From assembly GCA_963841435.1 (NCBI GenBank), contig CAWJCS010000005.1, positions 1,248,001-1,312,000 of the forward strand: a stretch of DNA of 64,000 nucleotides, in the 5' to 3' direction. Both the position numbers and the translations under genes were made by a program. Source of the DNA: an uncultured delta proteobacterium. GTDB taxonomy: Bacteria > Myxococcota_A > Polyangia > Polyangiales > Polyangiaceae. Within the stretch, counting starts at the first letter, position 1; every line of letters begins with the position of its first letter. Below are positions 1 through 8,397 of the stretch, in pieces. The notes below the pieces were generated by a model that saw only the letters and a list, made by a program, of their open reading frames with translations, did no database searches and was not told where the DNA came from.

Positions 1-1
1 C

Positions 2-1015
2 CTCGGCGGTGGCAACGACCGCTACAAATCGCTCTTGCCCGAGCTCTTCAACGTGGCAACGCTCGAGAACGATCTCAAGTGGGCGCCGCTCTCGGGCGAC
101 TGGGGGGCGGGCTTCACCGTCCAAAAGGCGCAGCGCGGCGTCGCGTGGCTACGCGAGCACGGGCTCGACGTGCGCGGCCACGTGCTCGTGTGGCCCGGCT
201 GGAAGAACCTGCCGAAGTACCTCCGAGGGTACGAGCACCAGCCCGACAAGCTCCGCTCCGAGGTGAGGAAGCACGTGCGCGAGCTCGTGACGGCCATGAA
301 GGGGTCGCTCGTCGCCTGGGACGTCATGAACGAGCCCTTCGACAACCACGACCTCATGGACATCCTCGGTCCCGACGTGATGCCCGAGTGGTTCACCGAA
401 GCGCGCGCGGCCGATCCGAGCGCCCAGCTGTTCGTCAACGACTACGCCATCCTTTCGGGCGGCGGTGGCAACACACCGCATCGCGACCACTACGAGCACA
501 CCATCCAGCTCCTGCTCGAGAAGGGTGCGCCACTCGACGCCATCGGTCTCCAGGGTCACTTCGGCACCTCGCTCACCTCACCCGAGGACCTGCTAAAGGT
601 GCTCGACCGCTACGCACGCTTCGGAAAGCCGCTCTGGATCACCGAATATGACGTGGTCATGGACGACCTCGACCTCGCGGGTAGCTTCACGCGCGATTTC
701 TACACGGCCCTGTTCAGCCACCCCGCCGTCGCTGGCATCGTCATGTGGGGGTTCTGGGACGGGTCGCACTGGAAGAACAACGCGGCCATGTACAAGGGCG
801 GCTGGGAGCTCAAACCGGCGGGCAAGGCCTATCGAGATCTCGTGCTCGGTGACTGGAAGACGCACGTCACGGGCACCACCGACGCGAACGGACAGTTTTC
901 GACCCGCGCGTTTCTCGGACAATACGAGGTCACGGCAAACACTCCGGAGCACGCGGGCACGGCGGAGTCGTCACTTTCTGCTCGCGGAGGTTCCATTACG
1001 ATAACTTTGCGCTGA
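2..1015 (+). CDS. Endo-1,4-beta-xylanase, glycoside hydrolase family 10 (5'-truncated by window edge)
   Basis: Frame is open from position 2. GH10 motifs ENDLKW, RGHVLVW, WDVMNEP (acid/base), IGLQGHF and LWITEYD (nucleophile), followed by a C-terminal beta-rich extension. Confidence 0.93.
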   Translation, partial: LGGGNDRYKSLLPELFNVATLENDLKWAPLSGDWGAGFTVQKAQRGVAWLREHGLDVRGHVLVWPGWKNLPKYLRGYEHQPDKLRSEVRKHVRELVTAMKGSLVAWDVMNEPFDNHDLMDILGPDVMPEWFTEARAADPSAQLFVNDYAILSGGGGNTPHRDHYEHTIQLLLEKGAPLDAIGLQGHFGTSLTSPEDLLKVLDRYARFGKPLWITEYDVVMDDLDLAGSFTRDFYTALFSHPAVAGIVMWGFWDGSHWKNNAAMYKGGWELKPAGKAYRDLVLGDWKTHVTGTTDANGQFSTRAFLGQYEVTANTPEHAGTAESSLSARGGSITITLR

Positions 1016-1225
1016 CGCCGGCAGGACGCAGGCGGACCGAGTCCGACCACGCGACACGCGCCACCCTGAGACAGTTTCTCGGCAACCTTTCACGGTCGCT
1101 GCCTGGACGTCGGCCTGAGCGTTACGCTAGGTTTCGAGCCGCGCGGGCCCCGACCCGGCCCGCCAACGGCGCACCCGCCCTTTCGCGCAGCGCCGTGCCG
1201 CGCTTTTCCTTTTTTGGAGGTCCTG

Positions 1226-2113
1226 ATGCCCCGCTCTTGCTCGATCGACGAAAAGAAGCTTCTCGCGGCCGCGCTGCTCGGCACCGTCTGCGCCTTAGGC
1301 TGCATGGTGGACAACTCCACGGGCGACGCGCCCGCGACGGGCGGCAGCGCAGGAGCGGGCGTGTCCGGCGGTAGCAGCGGTGCGGGGGGAACCGGCGGCT
1401 CGGCGGGGACGAGCGGCTCGGCAGGAACGGGCGGCTCGGCGGGAACGGGAACCGTCGAGTGCATGCCGAACCCGGAGGCGCAGACCTGCGCAGCCTTCGT
1501 CGCGCCCGCCTGGGGCGATCCGCCCGGCACGACGGGCGGCCTCGTCATCGACTGGGCGTCCTACACGGCGGACGGCAAGTGGGGCAGGTCGGCGAGCGGC
1601 GAGCTCACGGGCGGCACTTCCAAGTACCACGGCGACGGGATGCCGGACCTCACGGCAGTCTCGGAGTCCGGCTCTCTGCACGTCACGGGCACCATTCCCA
1701 GCATGGGTTACGCGGGGCTCGTGTTCTGGTTCGGTCCGTGCGTGAACGCGTCGGCCTTCACCGGTATCAACTTCGCAATCGGCGGCACGATTGGCGAGGC
1801 CGTCGTGAAGCTCCAGGTGCAAACGCACACGGACTATCCAGTCGACGTGGCCAACACCAAGGGCGCGTGCTCCTTCACCGACTGCGACAAGAAGTTCGAC
1901 GAGTGCGCCGGGCCCACCATGCAGCTCGTCGTACCGGCGGTGCCCGAGGCGGCCGACTTCGCCTGGAGCGCCTTTGCGGGCGGCATGCCAACGGCGGAAG
2001 TCACGCCGGAGGGCCTCGTGGGGCTCCAGTTCCAGGTCGAGTGCCAGTCCGACGCAGAGTGCGCGGTCGACTTCATGATCGGCATGGTCAATTTCGTCGT
2101 CCCGACCACCTGA
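1226..2113 (+). CDS. Lipoprotein with Gly/Ser/Thr linker and CBM11/CIA30-like beta-sandwich domain
   Basis: GGAGG RBS at 1216-1220, lipobox ALGC, GGSAG repeats, and the motif CVNASAFTGINF shared with neighbouring lipoproteins. Confidence 0.7.
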   Translation: MPRSCSIDEKKLLAAALLGTVCALGCMVDNSTGDAPATGGSAGAGVSGGSSGAGGTGGSAGTSGSAGTGGSAGTGTVECMPNPEAQTCAAFVAPAWGDPPGTTGGLVIDWASYTADGKWGRSASGELTGGTSKYHGDGMPDLTAVSESGSLHVTGTIPSMGYAGLVFWFGPCVNASAFTGINFAIGGTIGEAVVKLQVQTHTDYPVDVANTKGACSFTDCDKKFDECAGPTMQLVVPAVPEAADFAWSAFAGGMPTAEVTPEGLVGLQFQVECQSDAECAVDFMIGMVNFVVPTT

Positions 2114-2129
2114 GCTGATTCAGGGTCGT

Positions 2130-3527
2130 GTGATTCCTCCTCACGCCGATCGAGATCCGCCCTCCCAAGACTCAAGGTGTCTTTGGGGCCGGGGTCTTCG
2201 CCTCCGCCGGAGTTCGACGAACGCCGCGCGGCTGTGGTGGACCCTACCGCTCGCGTGTGTGGCAGGGTCGCTGTCGCTCGGGGCGTGCGCACGGGTGCCG
2301 GGCGAGCCTCTCCCCGAGACGCACGATGTCGTCAACGCGAACGATCTCGTGCCGGGCGCTCGCTGCGTTGACCAGTGCCAGCCGGACTATGGGTCGGCGG
2401 ACGTGGACTGCGCCGCGGCCGAGACGGGGCTCGAGTTCTTTCCAGCGCCGGTCTGGGATTTCGAAGGCAGCGTCGCGACGAATCTCTACGACTACGACGA
2501 CGAGACGAGCGGCTTTCTCGCGACCTCGCCCGAAACGTGCGTGCCCGGTGCGGAATGCTCGCCGTACGAGCCCGCGCCGACCGAAACGGTGCGTTGCGGC
2601 ATGCCGACGCACGCGCTGCACGTCCGCGGTGGGCCGTTCCGCGAGTGGGGTGGCGGCATCGGACGGCGGCTTCAGGATTTTGCGACGGAAGCCGCCACGG
2701 CAGAAGGCAAGACGTGCAGCGTTCCGCCCGCCCAAGGGGGCGACCCCGACGCGCCCGCCTACTGCCCGAAGGACGAGCCCGAGATCGACGATGCGTCGGG
2801 CGCCTTGCTCTCCGACGGCTCGCACCTCCCGCCGGCCTCCGTGAAGACCTCCTACTACACGATGCTCGTCGATCTCGGCGAATGGGAGGGCATCAGCTTC
2901 TGGGCGCGCCGCGGCCCCGACAGCCAGGCCGGCTTTCGCGTCGTGCTCGGCGACCGAAACACGGACGACGACACCAGCTTCTTGATGTCCGACCTCGGAC
3001 TCGCGCCGCGTTGCCGGCGCTACAAAGAATGCGGTTGCAGGAACCACAAGCCCTGCAGCGAGGGAGACAACAAAACGCTGGTCTGCTTCGACCCAGCGCT
3101 CGACCCGCCGGAGGGCGACCTCTGCGGTCATTCGCTGTGTGACGACCCCTATCCCGCGTACGAGAATCTGCCCGACCTCACGTTCACGACGCAAGAGAAC
3201 AGCAGCGAGACCTACCGCGCCAACAACTCCTGCGCCTACTACGCCTTCGCCACCGATCAGACGGGCTACTACTGCTACGACACCGTGCACGGTCCACCGC
3301 CCGCCGAGGGGCCCGAGCGCTGCGGCGATCCGTGGATCGACGCCGTCCGCCTGAACCCCGACTGGACGTTTTACAAGGTTCCCTTCGACGAGCTTCGCCA
3401 GGAAGGCTACGGCAAGCGCTTCCCGCGCATCGATCTCGCTGGCGTCACGATGGTTCGCTTCACGTGGAGCGTCGGCTGGATCGATTACTGGATCGACGAC
3501 GTGCGCTTCTACCGAAAGCAGCGCTAG
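2130..3527 (+). CDS. Cys-rich lipoprotein with split CBM11-like domain (start uncertain)
   Basis: Lipobox LSLGAC; motifs HALHVRGG..WGGG, DLGEWEGISFWAR, WTFYKVPFDELRQ and YWIDDVRFY, with Cys-rich inserts. Confidence 0.7.
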   Translation: MIPPHADRDPPSQDSRCLWGRGLRLRRSSTNAARLWWTLPLACVAGSLSLGACARVPGEPLPETHDVVNANDLVPGARCVDQCQPDYGSADVDCAAAETGLEFFPAPVWDFEGSVATNLYDYDDETSGFLATSPETCVPGAECSPYEPAPTETVRCGMPTHALHVRGGPFREWGGGIGRRLQDFATEAATAEGKTCSVPPAQGGDPDAPAYCPKDEPEIDDASGALLSDGSHLPPASVKTSYYTMLVDLGEWEGISFWARRGPDSQAGFRVVLGDRNTDDDTSFLMSDLGLAPRCRRYKECGCRNHKPCSEGDNKTLVCFDPALDPPEGDLCGHSLCDDPYPAYENLPDLTFTTQENSSETYRANNSCAYYAFATDQTGYYCYDTVHGPPPAEGPERCGDPWIDAVRLNPDWTFYKVPFDELRQEGYGKRFPRIDLAGVTMVRFTWSVGWIDYWIDDVRFYRKQR

Positions 3528-3551
3528 CCGCTCACCCGGCGTTTTCGAACC

Positions 3552-5525
3552 ATGCTTCGTTTTTCCTCAGTCACGGCGCCGGCGCTCGCACTCGCCGTCT
3601 CGCTGCCGTCGCTCCCCGCGCAGGCGCAGGACGCGCCGACGCGACCCGACAAGCCGTACGAGACCGAGCCAAAGCCGCCCGCGACGCCGCCAAAAGCGCC
3701 CGCGGCTCCCGCCGAGCCTGTTCCGCCCACGACACCGGCCGCACCCGCACCGGCCGCGCCCGCACCCGCGCCGGCCCATGCCCCGCCCGCGGTGCCTGCG
3801 CCCGGCGACACGAGAACCGAGCCCGCGGCAGAGCCTACCGAGACGCCCGAGGCGGCACCCGCGGCGACGCCCGCGGCCGAAACGCCCATCGAAAAAGCAG
3901 CGGGGCCGGCTGCCACGAAAGCCGCCACGCCGCCGAGCGACGCGAACGCCGAAGCGCCCGAAGCGCCGGACACCGACGAGATCGTCCTCGAAACGCACGA
4001 CTGGCTCGACGAGCCGGGCTACCTGCCGGGCTACAGCCGCCCGGTGTCGCTCGGCATGTCGCCGTACTCGCCGCGGCTTGGCGGGTTCCCCGGCGGCCTC
4101 ACACCGAGCTACTCGGCGCCCGGCCCGCTCGACTCCTGGCTCTTCAACTGGCGCGGCTACATGAGCGCGTCGCTGCAGGTGAGCATCGACCAGCGCGACG
4201 ACCCTTCCACCGGGCAGCACAAGACCGTGCTTCACACGCCGCCGAACATCGTTGAGGAGTACGCCGCCTTCCCCTCCACCAACTCGCAGCCCGGCAACTG
4301 GATTGGCGCGACCTTCGGCGTCGGCAACAGCTTCGTGACGGCCAACGTGTCGATCGACACCTGGAATCCCACGCGCCCCACGCAGAACTACGGGCTTGGC
4401 AGTCAGTACTTCATCAACAACGCGTTCTTGGCGTTCCGCGTGCCCCCCATCGGTCACGCGCGCTTCGCGCTGAACGCAGGCTTTTTCTCGTCCAATTACG
4501 GCTACCTCGGCCGCTACGGCGGCGGCTTCTACACGAACCCGATGACGGCGACGCTGCAGGGCGCCGGCGAGACCACGCTCTTCGAGTACGACCTTTCCGA
4601 CACACTCGTGCTGACGGCCGAGCACGGCATCATGGGCACGGGTGGGCCGCGCGTCGGCTACATGCCGACTGACGTGGTCACGGGAACGGGCAACGGCGGC
4701 GCGAGCGGCGACCCCAATTGGCCCGCCGCGTACGTCAACCACGCGCACGTCGGCCTCGTCGTCAAGGGTGACACCGAGTTCGTCTTCCAGGCGCACCTCA
4801 TCAGCAACTGGTTTCAGGACGAGCGCGTGCAACGCTCACCAACCGACGAGCCGTGCGATCTACCGACGACGCCGGAGCTCGACGAGTGCTACACGCGCGA
4901 CGGCCGCATTCGCGTGTTCGGCATCGACGGCAAGATGCTGAGCAACGCCTACGGCACGCTCGGTATCGGCGGTTCGGTCATCGACGCGCGCTACGCCTTC
5001 CCGCTGAAGGGCATCATGACGTTCGCGGGTGACGGCGAGCGCATCACGAGCGCGTGGCTCGGTGCGGAAACGGGCGGCACCGGGAAAATCTGGGTCGCCG
5101 GCATCGCCTACAACCTGAGTGTCGCGTCGTTGATGCTGAGCCCCGAGGGTTTCGACGGCCGGGCACCCAACGTCGTGATCAACACGGGCTTCAACATCGG
5201 CGTGGTTCAGAGCGAGCAGCAGCCGTTCTCGGGCCGCGCTCGCTACAAGTTCGGAGCGGAGGCGCTCTACACGTTCATCCCCTACATGGGCGCGGGCCTG
5301 CGCGTCGATCGCGTCACGCCTGCTTCCGACGACCCCGATCAGACGTTTTACGTGCTCGCTCCGCGCCTCCAGTTCAAGAGCGACTGGACGAGCCACGAAG
5401 CGATCGTCCTGAGCTACGTGAAATGGTTTTTGGGATCGCACACCCACTACGACGGTCTCAATCCTCGCTCGAGCGAGCGCATCGACGACCAAATGTTCAC
5501 CCTCAACTTCAACATGTGGTGGTGA
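3552..5525 (+). CDS. Predicted outer-membrane beta-barrel protein (putative carbohydrate porin), paralog A
   Basis: Signal peptide (AQA|Q), Pro/Ala-rich linker, many amphipathic aromatic/Gly-rich strands, C-terminus FTLNFNMWW. Confidence 0.7.
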   Translation: MLRFSSVTAPALALAVSLPSLPAQAQDAPTRPDKPYETEPKPPATPPKAPAAPAEPVPPTTPAAPAPAAPAPAPAHAPPAVPAPGDTRTEPAAEPTETPEAAPAATPAAETPIEKAAGPAATKAATPPSDANAEAPEAPDTDEIVLETHDWLDEPGYLPGYSRPVSLGMSPYSPRLGGFPGGLTPSYSAPGPLDSWLFNWRGYMSASLQVSIDQRDDPSTGQHKTVLHTPPNIVEEYAAFPSTNSQPGNWIGATFGVGNSFVTANVSIDTWNPTRPTQNYGLGSQYFINNAFLAFRVPPIGHARFALNAGFFSSNYGYLGRYGGGFYTNPMTATLQGAGETTLFEYDLSDTLVLTAEHGIMGTGGPRVGYMPTDVVTGTGNGGASGDPNWPAAYVNHAHVGLVVKGDTEFVFQAHLISNWFQDERVQRSPTDEPCDLPTTPELDECYTRDGRIRVFGIDGKMLSNAYGTLGIGGSVIDARYAFPLKGIMTFAGDGERITSAWLGAETGGTGKIWVAGIAYNLSVASLMLSPEGFDGRAPNVVINTGFNIGVVQSEQQPFSGRARYKFGAEALYTFIPYMGAGLRVDRVTPASDDPDQTFYVLAPRLQFKSDWTSHEAIVLSYVKWFLGSHTHYDGLNPRSSERIDDQMFTLNFNMWW

Positions 5526-5572
5526 GGATGACCGGCACGCCCTGCTTTGTCCGCAACAACGGAAGGTTTCGC

Positions 5573-7156
5573 ATGAGACCCCACATGGCACTCTGGCTCT
5601 CGGGCTTGCTCGCGGGCGTGGCGCTGGCGCGACCCGTCGCTGCCCAGGAGCAGCAGGAAACCACCGCGAGCGACGAGGCTCCGGAGTCGCTCGGTATGGA
5701 TCCGGCGTCGCCGGGTGCGCAGGCACTGCCGGGCGGCGTCGCGCCGCGCATGGGTGAGCCCGCGGGCCCTGACTGGCGCTTCGATTTCCACGGCGTGCTC
5801 GAAGCGCCGCTGCGCGTCGGCGTGGGCAAGCGAGACGACGCTCGCCCTGGACAGAGCAAGCTCGTTCTGCACACGCCGCCCACCGTGCCCGACGATCTCG
5901 ATACCTTTTCGCACACGGGCGTCGTGCCCATGCCGTACGCCCAGCTCAACTTCTCGTACGGTAACGACGTCGTCACGGGCACGGCCGTCTTGCTCGCGCG
6001 TCAGACCACCGTCGCGTCGGGCTTCTTCGATCCGCCGTCACAGTCGGGCATCAATGATCTCTTCTTGACGGTGCTGCCCCAGGTGGGCACGCGCTCGCGC
6101 CTCGCCATCCACGTCGGTGCGTTCTCGAACCGCTACGGCTCGGCCGGCGAGTACGACGAGGGTCGCTACGGTACTCCGCTCGTCGCCCGCACGAACGGGG
6201 TCGGCGAAGCGGTGGAGTTCGCCCATGTTTTCGGCGACTTCACGCTCAAGGTCGAGCAGGGCATCCAGGGTCAGACGAGCAAGGCGGGCGCCGGCATCAC
6301 GCCAGACGGCTGGAACGACTTCGCCGATCCGGGCGTCGGCTCGAGCTTCGTCCACCACGAGCACATCGGCGCCGACTTCAAGAAGCTCGCGCACCTCGGG
6401 GCGCACTATCTGTTCGCCTGGAGCCAGGACGACCGGTTGACCACCAACGCGCCCGACGGGCGCATGAGCGTCTACGGGGCGGACCTCCGGCTCACCATGG
6501 GCCGCTTCGGTCACCTCTACGGCGCCGTGTCGTACGTCGATGCCGACCACGTGCGCAGCGTCGGCCGCATCGTCGAGGTGCTGAACACGCGCGGAGGAAC
6601 GGGGCTGATGCAAAACTACCTCGGCCCCGACGAGGCCCCGAACGCCCTCGGCACGGGCTCGCTCACGATCATCGGCGTAGAGTACGACCTCAGCGTCGGC
6701 CGGCTCGTCAGCTACCCCGTGCCGTTCACGGGTGACGGCCCCGACATCTTCGTGAGCTTGTTCGGGCAATACGTGAGCGTGTCGAGCGAGGACAAGACGC
6801 TCGATCCACGCCCGCGCGGCCCCACCGAGCCCGCCCCGAAGCCGCTCTACGACGGCGTCGGCATGCTGAAATACGGCCTCGAAGGCACCTACAGCTTCCT
6901 TTCCTGGATGGCCGCTGGTGCGCGCTTCGACCAGGTCGCCCCGAACACCGGCGATCAGAAGCGCTCGTTCGCGATCGCGTCACCGCGGCTCATCTTCCAC
7001 ACGGGCTGGCAGTCGCGCGACCTCATCGTGCTCCAGTACTCGCACTGGTTCTACGGCGCCTACACAACCATCCCCATCGGCTACCCGCCCGTCCCGACCA
7101 TCACGAACACGAAGGACGCCGACATGGTGTCCCTGACGGCTCACATGTGGTGGTGA
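5573..7156 (+). CDS. Predicted outer-membrane beta-barrel protein (putative carbohydrate porin), paralog B
   Basis: Signal peptide (VAA|Q); colinear similarity to 3552-5525 (SLGM.P..P...PGG..P, RDD...GQ.K.VLHTPP, PRL.F...W.S...IVL); C-terminus VSLTAHMWW. Confidence 0.7.
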   Translation: MRPHMALWLSGLLAGVALARPVAAQEQQETTASDEAPESLGMDPASPGAQALPGGVAPRMGEPAGPDWRFDFHGVLEAPLRVGVGKRDDARPGQSKLVLHTPPTVPDDLDTFSHTGVVPMPYAQLNFSYGNDVVTGTAVLLARQTTVASGFFDPPSQSGINDLFLTVLPQVGTRSRLAIHVGAFSNRYGSAGEYDEGRYGTPLVARTNGVGEAVEFAHVFGDFTLKVEQGIQGQTSKAGAGITPDGWNDFADPGVGSSFVHHEHIGADFKKLAHLGAHYLFAWSQDDRLTTNAPDGRMSVYGADLRLTMGRFGHLYGAVSYVDADHVRSVGRIVEVLNTRGGTGLMQNYLGPDEAPNALGTGSLTIIGVEYDLSVGRLVSYPVPFTGDGPDIFVSLFGQYVSVSSEDKTLDPRPRGPTEPAPKPLYDGVGMLKYGLEGTYSFLSWMAAGARFDQVAPNTGDQKRSFAIASPRLIFHTGWQSRDLIVLQYSHWFYGAYTTIPIGYPPVPTITNTKDADMVSLTAHMWW

Positions 7157-7176
7157 GGGGCTTTCGTGAGGAGCGC

Positions 7177-7927
7177 ATGAGAGCAGTTTTTTCGACCCTT
7201 CTCGGGCTTTCGCTCGCCTCGCTCGCCGGGGCTCTCGGCGGCTGCGTCGGCAAGTCGCAGACGCCGCACACCGCATCCGCCATGGCAAAAGCGGGCTCGC
7301 TCGCGCCCTGCCGCAAGCCGGTCCCCGCCGTTCAACGGATTGATCGACGATTTCGAGGACGGCAACAACCAGGTCGCGCTCATGGGCGAGCGCGACGGCT
7401 ATTGGTACGCCGCGGCCGACCAGCTGGGCTCCAAGATCACGGCGCCGGCGCAGGGCTTCGAGCCCGCCGAGGGCGGCGCCAACGGCTCGTTCATGGCCGC
7501 GCACGTCGCGGGCCACACCGTGAGCGCCGGCGATCAGGGCTGGGGCGTGGAGTTCGGCGGCAACTTCCTCTCCGCGCGCGGCGAGTTCTACGACGCCTCG
7601 CGCTACGTGGGCATCTCGTTCCGGGCGAAGGCCGGCTCGGGCATGAAGAGCGTGCGCGTCAACGTGTCCGACGTGAACACGCACCCGGACGGTGGCGTCT
7701 GCAAGAACTGTTACAACCACTTCCGGAAAGACGTAAACCTGACGACCGATTGGCAGGAGTACCAGCTGCTGTTCGGCGAGCTCCAGCAACGGCCCGGCTG
7801 GGGCGACCCGAGGCCCGAGCACGTGACGCCGAAGAAGCTCATCTCCGTCACGTTCGCCGTGGGCGGCGCCGACTCCGACTTCGACATCTGGGTGGACGAC
7901 CTTCAGTTCCTCGAGTGCAAGAAGTAG
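7177..7927 (+). CDS. CBM11-like carbohydrate-binding lipoprotein, split by a +1 frameshift near 7331
   Basis: Lipoprotein signal MRAVFSTLLGLSLASLAGALGGC lies in frame 1. The domain LIDDFEDG..GYWY..WGVEFG..YDASRYVGISF..C..CYNHF..WVDDLQF lies in frame 2. Removing one base joins them. Confidence 0.75.
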
Positions 7928-8007
7928 CGTCGCGGAATCTCGCTCGCACGAGGTGAGCGGCTCCCCACGAAGCGACCGGGCGGCTCGCCTCGGGCAGGCC
8001 GCTTCCG

Positions 8008-8229
8008 TATGGCCGGCTGCCGGACGGCACGCTGATCGAAGGCGTCGAAGTCTTCCGGCGCCGCTACGCCGCGGTCGGCCTCGGACGGCTGGTTCAGCTC
8101 ACGCGGCTACCCGGCATCACCGCGCTGCTCGACCTCGCCTGCCACGCGTGCGCCAAGAACCGCCTCCGACTCACCAACCGCTGCGTGAACGGCGCCTGCG
8201 AGCTCCACCAACGCCCAGCAACACCCTGA
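8008..8229 (+). pseudogene. 3' remnant of a DUF393/DCC1-like thiol-disulfide oxidoreductase gene
   Basis: Translates to [64 protein letters not shown]...*. No start codon and no N-terminal DxxCxxC part. Confidence 0.65.
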
Positions 8230-8397
8230 CTCGCTTACCCCGGCGTGTACCAGATGGTGGACGACCACGCGTGCTCCTTGATCGTCTCCGGAAGGTCGGC
8301 GGGGGAGAGCTTCGACTTGGATCAGGTCATCGAGCAGCTGCAGAGCGGCGGCTCACACTGAGTCCGGGTCGCGGCGGGGGGGGGCCGGCGCCGCTTG

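Noticed and set aside
1340-1450. GGCGGCTCGGC-type tandem repeats, also at 15300-15670 and 30890-31180, considered as CRISPR or VNTR
   Set aside because: They are degenerate, in-frame codon repeats encoding Gly/Ser/Thr linkers, with no constant repeat-spacer structure and no cas genes.
5054-5572. Long N-terminal extension of ORF 5054-7156
   Set aside because: It overlaps the upstream gene; the signal peptide starts near 5573-5585.
3552-7156. Calling the two barrels SusC/TonB-dependent receptors
   Set aside because: They are too short once linkers are removed, and no plug-domain or TonB-box-like motifs were recognised.
8376-8384. G9 homopolymer as a phase-variation tract
   Set aside because: It lies between convergent 3' ends, not in a promoter or coding frame.
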